In this document: piece after piece, positions 1 to 8,847 of the stretch
Layout: every line of letters starts with the position of its first letter
Numbering within the stretch: position 1 is the stretch's first letter
Assembly (NCBI RefSeq): GCF_006345805.1
Contig: NW_021825403.1
Span: 1 to 16,043 of the forward strand
Length of the DNA: 16,043 nucleotides
Source: Octopus sinensis
Lineage: Eukaryota
Direction of reading: 5' to 3'
Notes under the pieces: generated by a model
The model's database searches: none
What the model saw: the letters and a program-made list of their open reading frames with translations, nothing else
What the model was told of the DNA's origin: nothing
Position numbers and translations under genes: made by a program

Positions 1-491
1 GATAAATCAAAAGGAAATGCAAAAAAAAAAATACAAGTACAAAAAAAAACACATTATAACGTGACGGTGACATGTCGTGTATACACAACCATAAATATAA
101 TGAATACTAATAAAGAAAACCTAACAGAACTTGTATTGTTTTCTAGAAAAATACTTGCTCTGTTATATGAGTTAGTTGTCCGGTAACTTTCATATTTCTT
201 GTTTCAAGAAGAAAAAAAAACAAGAAATTGTGTATTTGGACAACTAACTAAAAAAAAAAGAAAAAAATAAAAAAAAATACGCTGTACAAAAATAATGAGT
301 TGTCTTTTATTTCTGCATTTGAGAAGGGACATACCCTTCTTTCTTTTTTTTTTTTTTTTCCAACCACCTTCGGGCAGAGAAGTAAGTTGATGTTTAATAT
401 AGCGTTTGAGTTATTGAATATTCAGAGTCGATACCTAATGTTATTCTAAGGTTTTCTAATTACAACTACTTTATTTTATTGACAGTCGTTA

Positions 492-891
492 TCTTTATAT
501 ATAAAACTGAAGTTGTGTGGTGTCTGTCTCCTACGATTTAGATTCCTAACTACTCCCACATTTTGCGGTGCAGTTTAACCAAAACCGGGTATCTTATAGT
601 CGTGATTCATATCGAGCCCTTCTGGGTATTAGCGCGCGTCTACGATGAGTCTAAGATTTAAAAAAAATTTACCATCATTTTTTTCCATTTTAATGCATTT
701 TTTCGCTATTATATAAGGGAAGTAACTCTCTAAAAATGTCTACGATGAGTCAACGATTTAAAAAAAATTTACCATCATTTTTTTCCATTTTAATGCATTT
801 TTTTTTTGCTATATTTTGGCTATAACTCTCTAAAAATGCTTATATAGTTATTTCCCTTACAAACCCGAGCAACGCTGGGTGATACTGCTAG
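492..891 (+). mobile_element. Non-autonomous Helitron, copy 1
   Basis: Starts A|TCTTTATATATAAAA and ends with hairpin CCCGAGCAACGCTGGG (864-879) then CTAG|T (888-891). Inserted between A and T with no TSD. Homologous to three other copies in the window. Has an internal 100-bp duplication (638-737/738-837). Confidence 0.85.
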
Positions 892-1024
892 TAACAGATA
901 AAAGAGAAAGAAAAAAATAAATAAATCGACGTAGAATGGTCCAGGTTTGCTGTGAGAAGCGGTCTGTGATTGTGTATTACAAACACTTCTATTTTGTTTG
1001 TTTCGCTCACCACTAGTCTCACTC

Positions 1025-1038
1025 CACACACACACACA

Positions 1039-1075
<37 letters not shown>
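1025..1075. repeat. (CA)n microsatellite
   Basis: Direct reading of the sequence. Confidence 0.97.
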
Positions 1076-1078
<3 letters not shown>

Positions 1079-1162
1079 TAATTGCATTTTATCACACTGT
1101 CCGCCGATCTATTACCTAAATCCAACTTCAGTTATATTTTTGGAAGCGTTTGTTCTGGCCAC

Positions 1163-1290
1163 TAAAGTCGACTTCGCTTTTATCGACTCCATTAGGAATC
1201 AATAAAATAAGAACCAGTCGAACACACTAGCTTTGATGTGATCGATTTGCCCACCCTCCACTAAATTTCAAGCTTTTCACCTATAGTAGA
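1163..1290 (+). mobile_element. Degenerate SINE body (family S2)
   Basis: Diverged match to the gtcgactttgcc...aagtaccag...gtagaaa body seen in better-preserved copies at 1491-1709 and 13381-13547. Confidence 0.55.
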
Positions 1291-1292
1291 AA

Positions 1293-1338
<46 letters not shown>

Positions 1339-1348
1339 TTTTATTATT
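1291..1348. repeat. (ATT)n microsatellite
   Basis: Direct reading of the sequence. Confidence 0.95.
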
Positions 1349-1414
1349 GTGGAGGCGCAATGACCCAGTGGTTAGGGCAGCGGACTCACGGTGGAGGATC
1401 GCGGTTTCGATTCC
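1349..1414 (+). mobile_element. tRNA-derived SINE head, truncated at the B box
   Basis: A-box-like TGACCCAGTGG (1361-1371) and B-box-like GTTTCGATTCC (1404-1414), directly followed by (CAT)25. Confidence 0.7.

Positions 1415-1489
<75 letters not shown>
1415..1489. repeat. (CAT)25 microsatellite
   Basis: Perfect 75-bp trinucleotide run. Confidence 0.98.
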
Positions 1490-1490
1490 T

Positions 1491-1709
1491 AAGGCGGTTA
1501 GCTATCAGAAACACTAGAGTGACGGGCAAAATCTGTGACGATATTTCTTCCAAACTCACCTTCTCAGCTCAAATTCTGTCAAGTTCGACTTTGCTTTTAA
1601 TCTTTCGGGGTCGATAAAATAAATACCAGTCAAGCACTGGGGTCGATGTAATTGACTAGCTCCCTCCCACCAAAAAAAAAAATTCTGGCCATATGCCTAT
1701 AGTAGAAAG
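1491..1709 (+). mobile_element. SINE, family S2 (diverged, full length)
   Basis: aaggcggttagct head, cggggtcgataaaataaataccagt body and cctatagtagaaag tail, homologous to 13151-13547. Confidence 0.75.
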
Positions 1710-1725
1710 TAATGTTATTTCCAAT

Positions 1726-1848
1726 GAGGTCGACTTTGCCTTTCATTCTTTCGAGGTTGATAAATTAAGTACCGGTTGAACACTGGAGTCGCTGTAATCG
1801 ACTTAGCCCTTCCCCTAAATTACTGGCCTTGTGCCAAAATTTGAAACC
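1726..1848 (+). mobile_element. SINE, family S2 (5'-truncated)
   Basis: gaggtcgactttgcctttc...ccttgtgccaaaatttgaaa, homologous to 12707-12921. Confidence 0.8.
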
Positions 1849-1938
1849 ATCATCATCATCGTCATCACCATTTAAAAGCTATTACATGTTAATTTAGTTA
1901 GCAGCAACGTTATCATGAACTTTTGATGACAACAAATC

Positions 1939-2620
1939 TCATTTAATTTCGAGAACCTTTCTTGGGATTTTTTCAGAATACAGGATAACACTTTACCGAT
2001 AGTCGACAATATGTGTCTCAATTCCAAAAATCTTTCAGCGCCTCAATAGCAGTTTGGACGTCGTGCACCAGTTACTCTTTGTTCCACAATTACTTCAACT
2101 TTCAAGTTCTGTCCTGATATTTCTCAGTTTTCTTAATTTCTTTGATATCCACTCTGCTATCAATATGGAATTGCAAAGGGTATGATCTTGATAGATTTTT
2201 TTTTCTTTGAGATCATAATTGATTTCCATGATTCAATAGTATAGTTGGTCTTTATAGAGAAATCCCATCCACCCTATTCTTGTAAATATCGTTCACTATT
2301 GCAGCCTCTGGTTTGTGTTCACTTTCTGTCACTTTGAATCTACACACTCACCTAACAATACAATGCACACAACCATGCCTGCACTTACATTGCTTTTGTG
2401 CTAGCTTACTGCTTTCACTTAAGAGTGTTAAAAATTAATACTTTCGTTTCCTTTTCCACAAATTCTGCGTTAACTCTCTGACTGAGTTTGTCAGTATCAA
2501 GATCGTTCTGATGACTTGTCCCTGGGTGGCTATAATTAGCTATTCAGCTTCTCGCTTCAGATTTTACATGTTTTTTTTTAAATTCCAACATTCATTAACT
2601 GAAATGAATTTTCGGATGAA
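1939..2620 (-). pseudogene. Decayed 3' end of an RLE-type non-LTR retrotransposon (R4/Dong-like): zinc knuckle plus restriction-like endonuclease
   Basis: Minus-strand translation across stops and frameshifts gives NLKREAE*LIIATQGQVIRT, RICGKGNESIN..SESSKLAQKQCKCRH (CCHC-knuckle region), HKPEA, WDFSIKT, FAIPYDSRVDIKEIKKTEKYQD and SVILYSEKIPRKVLEIK* (stop 1939-1941). This order matches the C-terminus of RLE LINE ORFs. Confidence 0.75.
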
Positions 2621-2689
2621 GCTAATAATACCAACAGGAACTAACTGAATATCTGATATATAACAATTTGCGATGATTCACACTTATGC

Positions 2690-2775
2690 TTGTATCCGTC
2701 TTCCTCCTCCTCCTCCTCCTCCTTTTCTTTTTCTTCTTTTTCTTCTACTTCTTGTCCCCCTTCTTTTTCTTTCTT
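2690..2775. repeat. Pyrimidine-rich low-complexity tract including (CCT)n
   Basis: Direct reading of the sequence. Confidence 0.85.
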
Positions 2776-3009
2776 TGAGCTGCTACAACCGAGATGCGCT
2801 TCATTTCGACGTGCCAGCAATCTCTGATAGTTTCTCAATTTGCTGTCGTGTATCTCTCCTAATAAAATCAAAGAAGTTGCGCTGTCATCACTAATTAGAA
2901 TTCGCAATTTTCCAAAATATAAAAACCCTGATAACTCATCGGTAGTAGAAACAGGTAGAACGTGTCCGTCCATAAATGTCCTCTTAGGCCTTGTTCCGGA
3001 ACAATATAT

Positions 3010-3080
3010 GTTTTGAGCCTTCATAGCCCAAGTTTCGTGTCCATAGAGAAGAATGCTCTCTCTGTATACCGACATCTCAT
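3010..3080 (-). pseudogene. Possible RTE-clade LINE reverse-transcriptase fragment
   Basis: SILLYGHETWAMKA resembles the LLYGxETW motif that follows the RT domain of RTE/CR1-type LINEs. The match is short. Confidence 0.4.
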
Positions 3081-3192
3081 GTATCAGGTGAATGAGTAAC
3101 GATAAACTAACGTCTCATCCTTGGGAATATGCGATTCGCAAATGCTTGTCACATTTCGAAAACGGATGTTCTTTTAAACAAAATATTCATTC

Positions 3193-3390
3193 GCTTGTTT
3201 CAGTCACTGGACTGCGGCCATGCCGGAGCACCACTTTGATGGGTTTTAATTGAATGATGGGCTTTAATCAATGCCAGGACTTATTTTCTAAAAGCCAGGT
3301 ACTTATTCTGTTGAACCGCTAAGTTACGAGGGTTAAACAAACTACCACCGGTTGTCAAGAGGTGGTGGAAAAGAGAAACACAAAGATACC
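3193..3390 (-). mobile_element. SINE 3' half (family S1)
   Basis: cttgtttcagtca..gactgcggccatg..ggagcacc..gaaccgctaagttac..ggttgtcaag, shared with 4530, 7800 and 15052. Confidence 0.8.
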
Positions 3391-3396
3391 TACAGA

Positions 3397-3397
3397 G

Positions 3398-3454
<57 letters not shown>

Positions 3455-3560
3455 TCATATACACACTCATATATATATGCACACTCATGCATATATATGT
3501 GTGTATATATATAATATATACATAAGTGTAATTTGTGTGTGTGTGCATGTGTGTATGTGT
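3397..3560. repeat. (CA)n/(TA)n/(GT)n compound microsatellite
   Basis: Direct reading of the sequence. Confidence 0.9.
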
Positions 3561-3927
3561 ATCTCTTATTATAAAAGGCAGATTTTATCTGCCTCCCTTT
3601 GGGAGTTATACAAATCTACAATATAGGATTTCTTCAATTACAATTTACCTTGCATTTTTAAGAGTACAATGCATCGCGTCATGCCAGGTCCAGTTTTTAA
3701 AATTTAAACTCCAGTTAAGCAAAATTTACAGAAAACTCACATTCTGGTGTGTGTGTCAAATGCTTTTCTTAGTCTGGTTTACACCACACACAAACGCACA
3801 CACATAATGGGCCAGGAATAAAATGAAAGTAATTGACTTACTGTAGTGAGTGATTCTTTCACTCTGCCTCCCACTTCCTCTTTCAACACACAGACACGCA
3901 AATATATAAATAAAATTGTAAGCTAAC

Positions 3928-4022
3928 GTGCGTGTGTGTGAGTGGGTGTGTGTGGGTGTGCGCGTGTGTGTGTGTGTGAGGGTGCGTGTGTGTGTGTGTG
4001 TGTGCGTGTGCGTGAGTGTGTG
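3928..4022. repeat. (GT)n-like compound microsatellite
   Basis: Direct reading of the sequence. Confidence 0.9.
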
Positions 4023-4073
4023 ACAGGAAAGTTTTTTTACGACGAATATAACACCTATATCCAAGTAGCAGAA

Positions 4074-4447
4074 AGATAAGACAGTAAGGTGTGATTTGAG
4101 GGAGATTTGGCTGCTATTTCTACCATGTCTAGCTGCCATGTAGGGGTCTCCCTCATAGGCTCATACATACATATATACATAGATAAGACAGTAAGGTGTG
4201 ATTTGGGGGAAATTTGGCTGCTATTTCTACCAGGTCTAGCTGCCATGTAGGGGTCTCCCTCATAGGCTCATACATACATATATGCATAGATAAGACAGTA
4301 AGGTGTGATTTGGGGGAAATTTGGCTGCTATTTCTACCAGGTCTAGCTACTATGTAGAGGTCACCCTCATTGGCTCATATATATATACATACATAAGACA
4401 GTAAGGTGTGATTTGAGGGAGATTTGGCTGCTGTTTCTACCAGGTCT
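4074..4447 (+). repeat. ~107-bp tandem repeat, 3.5 units
   Basis: Units start at 4074, 4181, 4288 and 4391 (agataagacagtaaggtgtgatttg...ggctc plus a CATA-rich spacer). Confidence 0.93.
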
Positions 4448-4529
4448 GTTAGGCCTTCTCATGTAAACTCAAGCTTTCTCATGCCTTGACCAAAGCAGAG
4501 AATGTATTCTTTTATTCTTCTGCTTTTTC

Positions 4530-4725
4530 CAGCCATGGTCTGTGGCCATGCTGGGGCAATGCCTTGAAGAATTGTAGTTTAATGAATCAACTCCAGTTTT
4601 ATTTTTGTAAGCATTGTACTTATTCTATCTGTTTCCTTTGTCAAACCACTAGGTGACAGGGATGTAAACAAACAACATTCGTTGTCAAGCAGTGGTGGAG
4701 GACAATCACAAGCACAGACACGCAC
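4530..4725 (-). mobile_element. SINE 3' half (family S1, diverged)
   Basis: tgtggccatgctggggca..tacttattctatc..gttgtcaagcagtggtgg. Confidence 0.7.
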
Positions 4726-4796
4726 ACACACACACATACATGCATACACATATACACACATACATACATATATATATATATATGTGTATATATATA

Positions 4797-5117
4797 TTGC
4801 AGCGTGGAAGGTGTTTGTAAGCCATTTAAGAAACACACAAAAACCGTTACATTCACTTCAACATTTAAATTAATTTGCCAAAATATTTTCGTCGCTTTGA
4901 GACCGCGACCTGTTCACTGACAAAATATCGTGCTAACAGGTCGCGGTCTCAAAGCGATGAAAATATTTTGACAAATTAAATTTAAATGTTGAAGTGAATC
5001 TAACGGTTTTTGTGTGTTTCTTAAATGGCTTATAAACACCTTCAACGCTGCAACTGTTTTCGTTCCAGCACACGATCTCAGATCAAGTCACTTGCTATGC
5101 AAGTACATCTCTGTAAC
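4797..5117. mobile_element. Fold-back repeat (unit U): 118/119-bp inverted arms with a 20-nt spacer plus a 64-bp tail; Penelope-pLTR-like or MITE-like
   Basis: Arms 4797-4914 and 4935-5053 are reverse complements (5 substitutions, 1 indel). The tail 5054-5117 is shared with the copy ending at 9008. Flanked by TA-rich microsatellite. The family assignment is inference. Confidence 0.8.
4874..4924 (-). ncRNA. Putative minimal type I hammerhead ribozyme with variant G3:C8 core
   Basis: Minus strand reads UUUGUCA-GUGAACA-G-GUCGC-gguCucaaa-GCGAC-GAAA-AUAU-UU/UGGCAAA. Stem I is 7 bp, stem II is 5 bp, and helix III is the palindrome AAUAUU. Deduced by eye. Confidence 0.6.
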
Positions 5118-5212
5118 TATATATATATTTATATATATATATATGTATATTGGTAAAAACAGTAAGATAACAAAAGAAGAAAGAGACCTCAATATTATGT
5201 AAATAGAGGAAA

Positions 5213-5601
5213 TCTTTATATATAAAAGTGAGGTGTGGTGTCTGTCTCCTATGATTAGATTCCTAACTACTCCCACATTTTGCGGTGCAGTTTAACCAAA
5301 CCGGTATCTTATAGTCGTGATTCATATCGAGACCGTCTGGGTATTAGCGCGCGTCTACGATGAGTCTACGATTAAAAAAAAATTTACCATCAATTTTTCC
5401 CATTTTTAATCCATTTTTGACATATATAAGGGAAGTAACTCTCTAAAATTTATTATTAAATCTCAGAAGTAAAAGCTACAGTAACACCCCTCCCCTTTGT
5501 GGTTAGCCATATTGTGATGGCTATTATACTTTACATCTCTAAAAATGCTTATATATTATATTTCCCTTACAAACCCGAGCAACGCCGGGCGATACTGCTA
5601 G
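5213..5601 (+). mobile_element. Non-autonomous Helitron, copy 2
   Basis: Starts A|TCTTTATATATAAAA and ends CCCGAGCAACGCCGGG...CTAG|T (5598-5601). Homologous to copy 1. Confidence 0.85.
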
Positions 5602-5907
5602 TGTATATATATATATATATATAATTGTAAAAATGAGGATAATAAATTAAAATAATTTATTACCAGTGATTACCATGCATAAATAAAAGTCATAAGACAT
5701 AACATTTTTAAAAATATAAAAGTGCATAGAATTTTTCTATACAGAAAGAGGAGACCATTAACAGGATTGCTTGCATGCTAAAAAGGCCAGTCAAAACATA
5801 AACCACGAAAAAAAAAAAGAATTCATGGGTCGGCGGCGGCGGGGTTGTTTTTATAGTAGACCTGTGTATTATATAGAAACACATTGTCCAATCCATATAT
5901 TTTTTCA

Positions 5908-5958
5908 ATTTGAAGGAGATATAATTTGGCTGTTATTTCTAGCAGATCGATCGCCCAA
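5908..5958 (+). repeat. Fragment of the dispersed repeat that also forms the 107-bp tandem unit
   Basis: tttgaaggagat..atttggctgttatttctagcag resembles atttgagggagatttggctgctatttctacc at 4091-4130. Confidence 0.5.
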
Positions 5959-6226
5959 TGAAGAATCTTTAAATGGCTCGTCCTTGTCGACCTCTTTGTT
6001 GTTCTTTAGTTGTATATTAACCCTAATTCAGCAAATTATAATCAAAGGCACTCCGTTTGTGACCATCCCGTTTTATTTTTGTTTTGTTTGCTTTTTTTTT
6101 CATTGTTTTTAGCGGTATGTCTAAGACAACGTGATACTATGTCTACTTTCTTTTATCAAGACAATCGTGTAGTGGTTTGAGGGCCATTTCGTTGCTATTT
6201 CTAATAGGCATTTCGGTCCAATAAAA

Positions 6227-6498
6227 CAGCATTTCTCAACCATTTTTTAACATGTGGACCCCATTAGATCCCTATTTTACTCGGGTGGACCCTTCTAACC
6301 ATTCGATGTTAAAAATTTAAAAAATCCCATTATATTTTTGCAATCAAATATTGACAATTGTACGAAAAAATTTATTGAAATATTTTGTGAATTATAGAAA
6401 GAAGTATAATGAATTTATTGCAGATCAGTTTTAACAACAAAATTTTCTATGGATTCCCACCCCACAAGGGCCATGTGGACCCTGGTTGAAGACAATTG
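6227..6498 (+). mobile_element. hAT-like MITE (degenerate)
   Basis: Imperfect TIRs CAGCATTTCTCAACC and GGTTGAAGACAATTG, with subterminal tgtggaccc motifs at both ends. Flanking 8-mers CAATAAAA and GTATAGAA match 5/8. Confidence 0.5.
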
Positions 6499-6706
6499 GT
6501 ATAGAAGAAGCATAGGCAACCTTTTTCAAGAAGCGAGATGCATGGGATAAAGCTCATCATCTGGCGGGCCGCACTACTAAAAAGTGCCAAGGTAATTTAT
6601 TTTATTTTTATTTTATCTAGTTTCAGCTCACGAGCTGTGGCCATGCTGGGGCACCGCCATTAATTTTTATTTTTATTTATTTTTATTTTTTTCGTTATGC
6701 GTCCAG

Positions 6707-6787
6707 TTCAGAAAATCCCACGGGTAGCAGTTTGCCTATGGGTGATACAGAAGTTTATTATTCCTTCATTGGCAGTAATACAGACAG
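6707..6787 (+). CDS. Candidate internal coding exon (81 nt), possibly an HYR-domain-like segment
   Basis: Long T-rich tract then CCAG acceptor (AG 6705-6706) and a perfect CAG|GTAAGT donor (GT 6788-6789). Length is a multiple of 3. One open frame gives SENPTGSSLPMGDTEVYYSFIGSNTD, which resembles the GxSFPxGxTxVxYxF pattern of HYR repeats. A second frame is also open. Confidence 0.45.
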
Positions 6788-6801
6788 GTAAGTAATAACA
6801 T

Positions 6802-6990
6802 GAGAAAGAGAAGCGAGAGAGAAGGGAGGAAGGAAGGAAGGAAGGAAGAGAAAAAGAGGGAGAAAGAGAAGTGAGAGAGAGAGAAAGAAGGAAGGGAAGA
6901 GAAAAAGAGAGAGGGAGAGAAAGAGCAAGACGAATGAGTGGGAACGGAGCAAAAAAAAAAAAGAAGAGGAGAGGAACAGACAGGAAGAGA
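6802..6990. repeat. Polypurine (GA/GGAA-rich) low-complexity tract
   Basis: Direct reading of the sequence. Confidence 0.9.
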
Positions 6991-7430
6991 AGAATGAAAC
7001 AGACAATCAGGGTGAAATGGATTCGATGGAAGGGTCGCAAAGGAAGGTGGGGGTGGGGAATTCAGACGGATGACGGAATTGGTGTCATGGACTCACAGTC
7101 AAGACTTAGTGACAAAGACAGGAAGTACCAAAAGTAGACAAACGTCATTTGTTAAACAACTAATACCTTTTCTTCTTGTCGGCATGGCTGTGGGTCATTA
7201 TTATCGTTATTGCTGTTATCTTTGACCCTGTTTTGTTTTTTATTATTTGTTCTTTTAGCCTTTTGTTCATTGTTTTCTTTTCTTTTCTTTTTATGTATGT
7301 TATAGTTTTCTATTGTGTATGTATGAATGTATGAATGTATGTGTGTATAAAAGGAATGAAAGAGACAGATGGATATACATACATATATATGTGTTATATT
7401 ATACACACACACGTTTATATGTGATGTGTG

Positions 7431-7697
<267 letters not shown>

Positions 7698-7799
7698 GCG
7701 CACACACAAGTTCATGTATGTATGCATGTATACATGTGTATACCTGTGTAATGCTTTCGTGTGTGCTATTTATGTGTTGTGAGTATATATATTTTTTAT

Positions 7800-7937
7800 T
7801 CTTTTACTTGTTTCAGTCATTTGACTGCGGCCATGCTGGAGCACCGCCTTTGGTCGAACAAATCGAACCCAGGACTTATTCTTTGTAAGCCTAGTACTTA
7901 TTCTATCGGTTTCTTTGGTCGAACCGCCAGGTTACTG
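7800..7937 (-). mobile_element. SINE 3' part (family S1)
   Basis: tttacttgtttcagtcatttgactgcggccatgctggagcaccgcc, identical over this stretch to 15073ff. Confidence 0.85.
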
Positions 7938-8021
7938 GCATATATATATATATGTGTGTGTGTGACTGTTATGTATGTATGTATGTATGTATGTATGTAT
8001 GTATGTATGTATGCATGTAAT

Positions 8022-8262
8022 AAATGCGCCCTTTTAAAGCCTAGCCAGGTTCATGGGCCCGGTTTCCCGGTTTCAATGGCGTATGTGTCCCCAGCTGGAC
8101 GGGACGCCAGTCCATCGCAGCGTTATTCATTTTTACCCGCTGAGTAGACTGGAGCAACGTGAAATGAAGTGCTTGCTCCAGAACACAACACGTCACCCGG
8201 TCCAGGAATCGAACCACAATCTTACGACCATAATGCTGACACCATAACCACTAAGCCACGTA
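8022..8262 (-). mobile_element. tRNA-derived SINE (family S3) with intact Pol III A and B boxes
   Basis: Minus-strand A box TGGCTTAGTGG (8258-8248) and B box GGTTCGATTCC (8215-8205). The central ctgcgatggactggcgtcccgtccag resembles a conserved metazoan SINE central domain (from memory). Followed by (ATAC)n at 7971-8012. Confidence 0.75.
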
Positions 8263-8265
8263 CCT

Positions 8266-8406
8266 ACACACACACGCGCGCGCGCGCGCGCGCACATGCA
8301 CACACACATGCTCATACATACATACATACATACATACATACATACATACATACATACATTACATACATACACATATATATATATATATATAATATATATA
8401 TATATA

Positions 8407-8439
<33 letters not shown>

Positions 8440-8440
8440 T
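8266..8440. repeat. (CA)n-(CG)9-(CATA)n-(TA)n compound microsatellite
   Basis: (CG)9 at 8275-8292, read directly. Confidence 0.95.
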
Positions 8441-8798
8441 ATACAAATGGGGCAAGAACGCATGACATCAAACAGTTAGGTGATACAAAAAAGGGGTCAA
8501 CAAAACATCCAGAGAGATGATACAAAGAAAACAATGGCGGGTAATTCGGAGTTTTCTTTCTTCAGTCGAGTTCCAGATTATCTTTGCAATTTCGGCTGGT
8601 TATACTCGAGATTGCTCCGATCTGGCCAGCCCCAAGGAAAAACTAAGCTAAGATTCCTTGGAAGAAAGCAGCGAATGTATACGAAAACAAGGACGGAAAA
8701 AAACGGAGAATCTTACACAAATGCAAATAACAGGATATAACAACAGGTATCTTTCGACTAAGGACGAATTAAATTCAGCTAATGTGTGTGGAAGTAAA

Positions 8799-8847
8799 GT
8801 CATAATATTTTCGTCGATTTGAAACCGCGACCTGATCACTGACAAAA
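8799..8847 (-). ncRNA. Putative variant (G3:C8) hammerhead ribozyme, second copy
   Basis: Minus strand reads UUUUGUCA-GUGAUCA-G-GUCGC-gguuucaaa-UCGAC-GAAA-AUAU-UA/UGAC. Stem I is 4 bp here because of truncation. Confidence 0.5.

Noticed and set aside
378-381. 4-nt microexon (poly-T, CAG|AGAA|GTAAGT)
   Set aside because: It is frame-shifting, the acceptor is separated from the pyrimidine tract, and such motifs arise by chance in AT-rich introns. It would need RNA-seq support.
1349-1414. tRNA gene
   Set aside because: A and B boxes are present but there is no acceptor stem or 3' arm. It ends in (CAT)25 and fits a SINE head.
2508-2514. CTGATGA hammerhead core
   Set aside because: No stem II or GAAA follows. 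It lies in the antisense of a LINE remnant.
4074-4447. CRISPR-like array
   Set aside because: Whole units are repeated with no unique spacers, the context is eukaryotic and there are no cas genes.
7035-7060. G-quadruplex motif (GGTGGGGTGGGG)
   Set aside because: Only two runs of three or more G, so it is a weak candidate at best.
8527-8575. Hammerhead candidate CUGAAGA...GAAU...GCC on the minus strand
   Set aside because: GAAA and UH are both broken, stem II is at most 2 bp and stem I does not pair. Not supportable as a ribozyme.
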